From Macrostomum lignano (Eukaryota), in NCBI GenBank assembly GCA_002269645.1, contig NIVC01003850.1, forward strand, positions 1 through 30,306: a stretch of DNA of 30,306 bases. The letters are read 5' to 3'. Both the position numbers and the translations under genes were made by a program. Shown in pieces: positions 19,435 through 28,900 of the stretch (the stretch's first letter is position 1; each line of letters opens with the position of its first letter). The notes beneath the pieces were generated by a model. That model made no database searches, had not been told where the DNA came from, and saw nothing but the letters and a program-made list of their open reading frames with translations.

Positions 19435-22310
19435 AGATTAAGAGGTTAGACTAGGGTAGGGTAGGGGGTTAGACTAGGGTGAGATAGAGGTTAGACTACG
19501 GTGAGATAGAGGTTAGACTAGGGTGAGAGGTTAGACTAGGGTGAGATAGAAGGGAGATTGAAATGAGATAGTAGTTAGACTAGTTTGAGATATAGGTTAG
19601 ACTAGGGTGAGATAGAGGTTAGACTAGGGTGAGATAGAGGTTAGACTAGGGTGAGATGCAGGTTAAACTAGGGTGAGATAGAGGGGAGAATGGAAGGAGA
19701 TAGTAGTTAGACTAGGGTGAGATAGAGGTTAGACTAGGGTGAGATGCAGGTTGAACTAGGGTGAGATAGAGGGGAGAATGGAAGGAGATAGTAGTTAGAC
19801 TAGGGTGAGATAGAGGTTAGACTAGGGTGAGATAGAGGTTAGACTAGGGTGAGATGCAGGTTAAACTAGGGTGAGATAGAGGGGAGAATGGAAGGAGATA
19901 GTAGTTAGACTAGGGTGAGATAGAGGTTAGACTAGGGTGAGATGCAGGTTGAACTAGGGTGAGATAGAGGGGAGAATGGAAGGAGATAGTAGTTAGACTA
20001 GGGTGAGATAGAGGTTAGACTAGGGTGAGATAGAGGTTAGACTAGGGTGAGATGCAGGTTAAACTAGGGTGAGATAGAGGGGAGAATGGAAGGAGATAGT
20101 AGTTAGACTAGGGTGAGATAGAGGTTAGACTACGGTCAGATGAGTTTAGACTAGGGTGAGATAGAGGGGAGAATGGAAGGAGATAGTAGTTAGACTAGGG
20201 TGAGATAGAGGGGAGAATGGAAGGAGATAGTAGTTAGACTAGGGTGAGATAGAGGGGAGAATGGAAGGAGATAGTAGTTAGACTAGGGTGAGATAGAGGT
20301 TAGACTAGGGTGAGATGCAGGTTAAACTAGGGTGAGATAGAGGGGAGAATGGAAGGAGATAGTAGTTAGACTAGGGTGAGATAGAGGTTAGACTACGGTC
20401 AGATGAGTTTAGACTAGGGTGAGATAGAGGGGAGAATGGAATGAGATAGTAGTTAGACTAGGGTGAGATAGAGGTTAGACTACGGTCAGATGAGTTTAGA
20501 CTAGGGTGAGATAGAGGTTAGACTAGGGTGAGATAGAGGGGAGAATGGAATGAGATAGTAGTTAGACTAGGGTGAGATAGAGGTTAGACTAGGGTGAGAT
20601 AGAGGGGAGAATGGAATGAGATAGTAGTTAGACTAGGGTGAGATAGAGGTTAGACTAGGGTGAGTTAGAGGGAGAATGGAATGAGATAGTAGTTAGACTA
20701 GGGTGAGATAGAGGTTAGACTAGGGTGAGATAGAGGGGAGAATGGAAGGAGATAGTAGTTAGACTAGGGTGAGATAGAGGTTAGACTAGGGTGAGATAGA
20801 GGGGAGAATGGAATGAGATAGTAGTTAGACTAGGGTGAGATAGAGGTTAGACTAGGGTGAGATGCAGGTTAAACTAGGGTGAGATAGAGGGGAGAATGGA
20901 AGAAGATAGTAGTTAGACTAGGGTGAGATAGAGGTTAGACTACGGTCAGATGAGTTTAGACTAGGGTGAGATAGAGGTTAGACTACGGTCAGATGAGTTT
21001 AGACTAGGGTGAGATAGAGGGGAGAATGGAATGAGATAGTAGTCAGACTAGAGTGAGATAGAGGTTAGACTAGGGTGAGATGCAGGTTGAACTAGGGTGA
21101 GATAGAGGGGAGAATGGAAGGAGATAGTAGTTAGACTAGGGTGAGATAGAGGTTAGACTAGGGTGAGATAGAGGTTAGACTAGGGTGAGATGCAGGTTAA
21201 ACTAGGGTGAGATAGAGGGGAGAATGGAAGGAGATAGTAGTTAGACTAGGGTGAGATAGAGGTTAGACTAGGGTGAGATGCAGGTTGAACTAGGGTGAGA
21301 TAGAGGGGAGAATGGAAGGAGATAGTAGTTAGACTAGGGTGAGATAGAGGTTAGACTAGGGTGAGATAGAGGTTAGACTAGGGTGAGATGCAGGTTAAAC
21401 TAGGGTGAGATAGAGGGGAGAATGGAAGGAGATAGTAGTTAGACTAGGGTGAGATAGAGGTTAGACTACGGTCAGATGAGTTTAGACTAGGGTGAGATAG
21501 AGGGGAGAATGGAAGGAGATAGTAGTTAGACTAGGGTGAGATAGAGGGGAGAATGGAAGGAGATAGTAGTTAGACTAGGGTGAGATAGAGGGGAGAATGG
21601 AAGGAGATAGTAGTTAGACTAGGGTGAGATAGAGGTTAGACTAGGGTGAGATGCAGGTTAAACTAGGGTGAGATAGAGGGAGAATGGAAGGAGATAGTAG
21701 TTAGACTAGGGTGAGATAGAGGTTAGACTACGGTCAGATGAGTTTAGACTAGGGTGAGATAGAGGTTAGACTAGGGTGAGATAGAGGGGAGAATGGAATG
21801 AGATAGTAGTTAGACTAGGGTGAGATAGAGGTTAGACTAGGGTGAGATAGAGGGAGAATGGAATGAGATAGTAGTTAGACTAGGGTGAGATAGAGGTTAG
21901 ACTAGGGTGAGTTAGAGGGGAGAATGGAATGAGATAGTAGTTAGACTAGGGTGAGATAGAGGTTAGACTAGGGTGAGATAGAGGGGAGAATGGAAGGAGA
22001 TAGTAGTTAGACTAGGGTGAGATAGAGGTTAGACTAGGGTGAGATAGAGGGGAGAATGGAATGAGATAGTAGTTAGACTAGGGTGAGATAGAGGTTAGAC
22101 TAGGGTGAGATGCAGGTTAAACTAGGGTGAGATAGAGGGGAGAATGGAAGAAGATAGTAGTTAGACTAGGGTGAGATAGAGGTTAGACTACGGTCAGATG
22201 AGTTTAGACTAGGGTGAGATAGAGGGGAGAATGGAATGAGATAGTAGTCAGACTAGAGTGAGATAGAGGTTAGACTAGGGTGAGATAGAGGTTAGACTAG
22301 GATGAGATGG
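19435..22310. repeat. Purine-rich intergenic satellite, 22-bp base unit GACTAGGGTGAGATAGAGGTTA plus longer variant units
   Basis: Direct inspection; ~1.2-kb higher-order duplication. Confidence 0.95.
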
Positions 22311-22907
22311 AGGTGGTGTTTTCACTTCTTATTAAGTATATGACTAGCAGTCTAATCACTAGTAGAGGACATATTTTGCTTGCTCGATTAAAACTGCTGA
22401 CCTAATCATAGGATTTTTCGATTCAATAAAAAATCACTTTGGCATTGTCAATAATTTTTTGTGAATCGGTTTTGACTGACTTGCTATTTTGATTGTTGCA
22501 TGCTGTAGTCAGAGCGAAGAATAAAACAACAGGTGAAATTCTGATTTGGATCGAATGCACCTCTCGACTTGGATATCAGAACATAAAAATCAACCGAAAA
22601 ATCTTGTCAACTAGAAATAAATAATTTATTGGCAAAGGCAGGTGTCTTTTAAACACTACTGATTGAAAATTGGGTTGATCAGTAGTATAATCATAAATCA
22701 TGATTTGAGCTATCTGCTTGGCTCAGCATAAACAGTCGGGGGGGGGGTTGCAGATTGCAAAATTTCTGTATAAATTTGTTGGCCCCAGGAATCCAGATTT
22801 GCCTCTTGAGTTGTGCTAGCAAAGTTGTCTTTGGATCAGTGTTTCACCTTGACAACTTGGAATTTGGATAGCGACAAATATAGCTCTTCATTCTGTGCGA
22901 ATTGAAG

Positions 22908-22986
22908 ATGGCTGCTGGACAAGTGCCGCTTCTAGCTGCTCTTGTTTGCCTTGCAGCTCTGAGTGCCCCTGCGTTGGCTCATAGTG
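22908..22986 (+). CDS. Gene 2 exon 1, signal peptide MAAGQVPLLAALVCLAALSAPALA|HS
   Basis: aagATGG start context, hydrophobic core, A-L-A cleavage motif, G|gtgagt phase 1. Confidence 0.85.
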
Positions 22987-25900
22987 GTGAGTTTCTTTAT
23001 TGTTGTTGGCGTTGAGCGGGATGCGTTACAGGTGGATGCAGGTATAGATACAGGCTTTTAAGGTATTTCTTGATGGATTGGACATTGAGGGGTAATTATA
23101 ATTGGTAGATTAGGGTTGACATTGAGGTAATTTTTATTGGTAGATTGTGGTAGACATTGTGGTTAAATTATAATTGGTAGATTAGGGTAGACATTGGGGT
23201 TAAATTATAACTGGTAGATTAGGGTAGACATTGGGAGGTAATTTTTATTGGTAGATCAGGGTAGACATTGGGAGGTAATTTTATTGGTAGATCAGGTAGA
23301 CATTGAGGGGTAATTTTCATTGGTAGATCAGGGTAGACATAGAGGGGTAATTAAAATTGGTAGATCATGGTAGACATTGAGGGGTAAAATTGGTAGATCA
23401 GGGTATAAATTGAGAGGTAATTAAAATTGGTAGATTGGGGTAGACATTGAGAGGTAATTTTAATTCGTAGATCAGGGTTGGCATTGAGAGGAAATTATAA
23501 TTGGCAGATCAAGGTAGACATTGAGAGGTAATTAAACTTCGTATATTATGGTAGACATTCAGAGATAAGTATGACTGGTAGTTAAAGGTACACATTGTTG
23601 AGAGGTAATAATTGGTAGATTAGGGTAGAAATTGAGGGTACTCATAACTGGTACATGTAGATTAGGGTAGACATTATGGGAGATGGAAGCAGGTGTAGAT
23701 ATGCTCAAATCAAAGCCATTTGTTTTCCTTTAACTCAATAGACTGTTACGCCAGCGTCGGCGGCGCCAGAGGCCATATTTATCAGTTCGATGGCGGCAGG
23801 GTGACTGCTGACCCCGCCCTCGGAGGCTGCCTTAAACGGGATCTGCTGTTGACGAGATCCGTTGCCGACAAGGATGCTTCATCGCTGTGCGAGCTGGAGA
23901 TTCTGGCCAGCTTCAAAGCTGTCAGCGGTCCGAGCAGCGGCCTGTCCCGGTTGAGTGCCGTCACCGTTAAAGTCGATGGGAAGGTCTATCGACTGCTGGC
24001 TGGGCGGAAACTCACCGTGAGTTTGGCTGGTGTTTGATTATTGTTTGGTTTGGATCTGGGAGGCTGGCCCAGCAACTGAGGATCTGGGAGGCTGGCCCAG
24101 CAACTGAGGATCTGGGAGGCTGGCCCAGCAATTGAGGATCTGGGAGGCTGGCTTAGCAACTGAGGATCTGGGAGGCTGGCCCAGCAACTGAGGATCTGGG
24201 AGGCTGGCCCAGCACTGAGGATCTGGGAGGCTGGCTTAGCAACTGAGGATCTGGGAGGCTGGCCCAGCAACTGAGGATCTGGGAGGCTGGCCCAGCACTG
24301 AGGATCTGGGAGGCTGGCTTAGCAACTGAGGATCTGGGAGGCTGGCCCAGCAACTGAGGAGGCTGGCCCAGCACTGAGGATCTGGGAGGCTAGCTTAGCA
24401 ACTGAGGATCTGGGAGGCTAGCTTAGCAACTGAGGATCTGGAAGGCTGACCCAGCACCTGAGGATCTGGGAGGCTGGCTTAGCAACTGAGGATTTGGGTG
24501 GCTGGCCCAGCAACTGAGCATCTGGGAATTCTAAAAGCTTCCTGAACTCTAGACATGTTATGCTAGATATTCACACCCATCAGAGCCAACCCTCAAGGCG
24601 TAGAGAGTGTACATTCCTGACGATCAGAAACCGTGTACACCCCGTGGGAGCATGTGTAAGACTCTGGTTGCCCAAGGCCAAACCGATATTTCGCACAACC
24701 ATCGCAGGTGAACGGCCAGCTGAAGTCGGTGCCCCACGGGCCGGACAAAGGTGTGAGGATTTTCTTCTCCGGCGAAGACCTGGTGCTGGCGCACAAGCGC
24801 TGCAACTTCTGGGTCGGCTTCGACGGAGACTGGACCGCCACCTACTGGCTGAGCGGCAAGTACCGCGGCAAGCTGGAGGGTCTGGCCGGCGACTGCGACG
24901 GACACGGCAAGGACGAAGTCGGCAGCTGGCTGTCCGAGGCTGGCTGCCGTCCGGTCAAGCGGAAGCTCGATGCCTGAGCTCGGCCGCCAAGCGGGAGGCT
25001 GTGCACCGGTGCAGTCGGGTGATTAACGGCAAGGACGGCTGCTTGAATCGAGAAGTACTGCGGCCGTGCATCGCAGACGCCTGCTCGGCTAAGGGGCTCT
25101 CAGAAAGAAGATTCTGTGCGCCAGCTTCTACCTGCAATCGAGACGCTGCGCCAGGCACCACAAGCCGCTGTCTTGGAGGCATCGAAGCGGATGTCGTAAG
25201 CTGTGTTTATAACTAATAAGTTGATGCGCAATTCACCTACTATGAGTAGCATCAATTAGCAATACTTTTATTCTTGTTTAAAAAGGAAAAGTGTAGGAGC
25301 GGCTTTTTACAGGTGAAATCAGAGATAAGGTGGATATGGTTGGCGGCCCTCTCTCCTCACAGGTGAAATCAGAGATAAGGTGGGTGGTTGGCGGCCCTCT
25401 CTCCTCACAGGTGAAATCAGAGATAAGGTGGGTGGTTGGCGGCCCTCTCCTCACAGGTGAAATCAGAGATAAGGTGGAGATGGTTGGCGGCCCTCATCTC
25501 AGGTGAAATCAGAGATAAGGTGGGTGAGTGGCGGCCCTCTCTCCTCACAGGTGAAATCAGAGATAAGGTGGAGATGGTTGGCGGCCCTCATCTCAGGTGA
25601 AATCAGAGATAAGGTGGGGGTGGGTGGCGGCCCTCTCTCCTCACAGGTGAAATCAGAGATAAGGTGGGGGTGGGTGGCGGCCCTCATCGCAGGTGAAATC
25701 AGAGATAAGGTGCCGTGGCCTCTGATTAAATTATAGATCAAACGCATGGCTAATCGACCTAAAATATTCAACCAAATCAGCCTCCTCAACAACAACCTTC
25801 AGCAATAAAGTGCGGCCCGAACGAGCACTTCACCAGCAGGGCCAGCCCATGTCCTGCCACATGCGGCAGTCATTTCTTCGGCACACCTAAGAAATGCTTT

Positions 25901-28900
25901 CACCTGCCCAGCGCCGAAGGCTGTCGCTGCAAGCGAGGCTTCGTCCTGGACAGCAGCAACCGCTGCGTGCCGCCCAAGGAGTGCGAGTGCCTGAACAAAC
26001 TGTGCTTGGACAGAATGCCTCGGAAAAAGTGTCTGAAGTGGCGAGCTCGCGGCCGGTGCAAGAGGTATCCGGAGGTGATGGCGCGATTCTGCCGGCTGAC
26101 CTGCGGCCACTGCGAGACAAGATGCGGGGAGAATCAGTTTAGCGACAAATTGTGCAAAAATATTTTGCGGCAAGGGAAATGCAGCAAGCCGCTGTACAAG
26201 GCTGTCTGCGCGGCCACTTGCGGCCGCAATAAGTGTCGTGAGTTGCTTTTTTACGGCTCGTTCGTTTTGAAATTTTCTAATGATTTCTGGATTACGTTTA
26301 GGTGTAGAACGTGTCAGTTGGCGCCAAAATAAAGTAAGATAGCTCAAATTAAAAGTTAGTTGACGCCAAAAAGAGCGTTAAGATGGCGCCAAAATGGAGA
26401 TTCAGTTAGCGCCAAAATAGAGTATCAGTTTGGGCGCCAAAATAGAGTGTCAGTTTAGGCGCCAAAATAGAGTGTCAGTTTAGGCGCCAAAATAGAGGGT
26501 CAGTCTGGGCGCCAAAATAGAATGTCAGTTTAGGCGCCAAAATAGAGGGTCAGTCTGGGCGCCAAAATAGAATGTCAGTTTAGGCGCCAAAATAGAATGT
26601 CATTTTGGGCGCCAAAATAGAATGTCAGTTTAGGCGCCAAAATAGAGGGTCAGTTTAGGCGCCAAAATAGAGGGTCAGTCTGGGCGCCAAAATAGAATGT
26701 CAGTTTAGGCGCCAAAATAGAGGGTCAGTCTGGGCGCCAAAATAGAATGCCAGATAACGGAGTCAGTTAGCGCCAAAATAGAGAAGCTATCAACAATTGT
26801 TTTCTTCAATTTGTTCAAATCTTTAACATTTGAGTTGAAGCTTAAAGCCGCTCGCTAACTTTCTATTCAGGCTGCCCAAACAAGCGCCGGATCGAGTCCA
26901 AGTGCTCCACGCGGTACAAAAATCGAATAATAAAATCGATTCGTTATCTGCCCGGTCCGCACGGCAAGTGCATCAAGAGCACTGTAGTCCGCTACGAACC
27001 GTGCGGGGGTGAGTTCGTGTTCTATGGACACCTTTTTTACATAGAAAAAAAACTGAGGATTGCTGATCGGCTTTGTGAATGGCTGGTGAATGGGCTTTCC
27101 AGGGGCTTTAGCACCAAGGGGCTTTAGCACCAAGGGGCTTTAGCACCAAGGGGCTTTAGCACCAGGGGCTTTAGCACCAAGGGGCTTTAGCACCAAGGGG
27201 CTTTAGCACCAAGGGGCTTTAGCACCAAGGGCTTTAGCACCAAGGGGCTTTAGCACCAAGGGCTTTAGCACCAAGGGCTTTAGCACCAAGGGCTTTAGCA
27301 CCAAGGGGCTTTAGCACCAAGGGGCTTTAGCACCAAGGGGCTTTAGCACCAAGGGGCTTTAGCACCAAAGGGCGCCAGCACCAACGGGCGCCAGCACCAA
27401 GGGGCGCCAGCACCAAGGGCGCCAGCACCAAGGGGCGCCAGCACCAAAGGGCGCCAGCACCAAGGTGATAAGTTACGTTTTAAGTAGCTGCAATCAACCC
27501 ATTCATTTGCAGCCTGTCCCAGCATAGCCAAGACCAAGCTGCAGCCGTGCAATTACTGCAAAGGCGTGCGAACAGGCAAGCGCACTATGCAATACGAGAG
27601 ACCCACGGTAAGCACCGCTGCCTGCGTCGAGTCACTCGAGTCAGCAAGAAGTGTCCCTGCCCTCCCTCTGGCCAGCTGAAGGTTGTCAGCAGCAGCAAAT
27701 GCGTGAAACACACCGAACTGGTCCGCGTCACCAAGGTGTTCAAAGCCGCCGAGAAGTGCACCAAGTGCAAGCGAATAACCCGACGACAAGTTGTAAAGAA
27801 AATTAGTGAGCTTATAATTATAACAATTTTGTTTTTTTAAGCATTAGATTAAGGCAGGGGTTGTAGCCTAGTTGTCAGAGCGTCAGACTCGCGACTTGAA
27901 GGTCGGGGGTTCGATTCCCGATCGCACTGGAACAGTTTGTGTCCTTGAGCAACTTAACTCTGCATTGCTTCAGTTCACCCAGCTGTAAAATGGGTGCCAG
28001 CATTAGCTGGGTAATTGAGGGTGTGCGGTGACCCCGCCGTTAGCAACCTGCAGATGTGCCGCGCATTAGCTGCGGCTGAGCTGTCGGTTGCATATGCGGC
28101 CCAATTAGCGAGGTTACAGAGATTGTCTCTCTCAGAGAGTCACTCTCACCATGTGTAATTTACCTTTTAATCTATCTACGCTTCTACCTTTTTAATCACA
28201 GAATGCTCGGGCAGACGAACCGTTCTCAAGAAGTGCACGTCGGGACGCAAGCATCGCAAGAAGCTGGTGTACACTAAGCAAGCGAGAAACTGCAAATGCA
28301 TCTGGAAGCTGGCCAAGGAGCAGAACCTGCTCTGCTACTGCAGCAAGAAGCGCAGCGTGAAGCGTAGTTGCTCGAACGGCTATCGATTAAGAAAATAACT
28401 GGGTTGCGGCTCAAGAACAACAAATGCGTTCGTTGGGTGCGCCAAGTGAAACGGAAGATTAACTGCCCCAAGAGACGCCAAGCAAAGCTGATTTGCCAAC
28501 GAAAGACGTGCAAAGCGACCAAGATTTCCAGCTATTACCAGCTCAGTGGATGCAAGTGCAGTAAAAAGTTGTTAAGCGGCTGGTTGGAAAATGCTGTGAG
28601 TTTGGCAAAGATATTTCTATTCTGTCTTGCTTTGTCGACTCGACCTGTTTTTTTGCCAGACGTATGCCAAATTTAGCTCTAACATTATACTTTCTACTCA
28701 TCAGTAGACGAACTCTGACACAAAGTCTTCACTAAATAGAAAATGCGAAACGAAACGAAGTCGAAGCTAGTCTGTATCCTTGGAAATCCTGTGCACCAGC
28801 CGCCCAGGCTCGATTCCATGTGCAGTCGCATTAATTTGGGGCTAAATTGGAATCTCGGCTTGGCTCTGCTCGTGCAATTGAGGGCTTTGAGGGCCCACTC

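Noticed and set aside
19435-22310. Interstitial telomeric repeat
   Set aside because: Contains TAGGG/GGTTAG fragments but no tandem TTAGGG; the unit is 22 bp
22880-22910. AG immediately before the gene 2 ATG as a spliced-leader trans-splice acceptor
   Set aside because: AAGATGG is also an ordinary start context, and nothing in the genomic sequence discriminates; 5' RACE would be needed
24560-24707. 5' part of the 218-aa ORF 24560-25216
   Set aside because: Upstream of the acceptor at 24707 and therefore intronic; only ~24968-25120 of that frame looks like real C8 coding sequence
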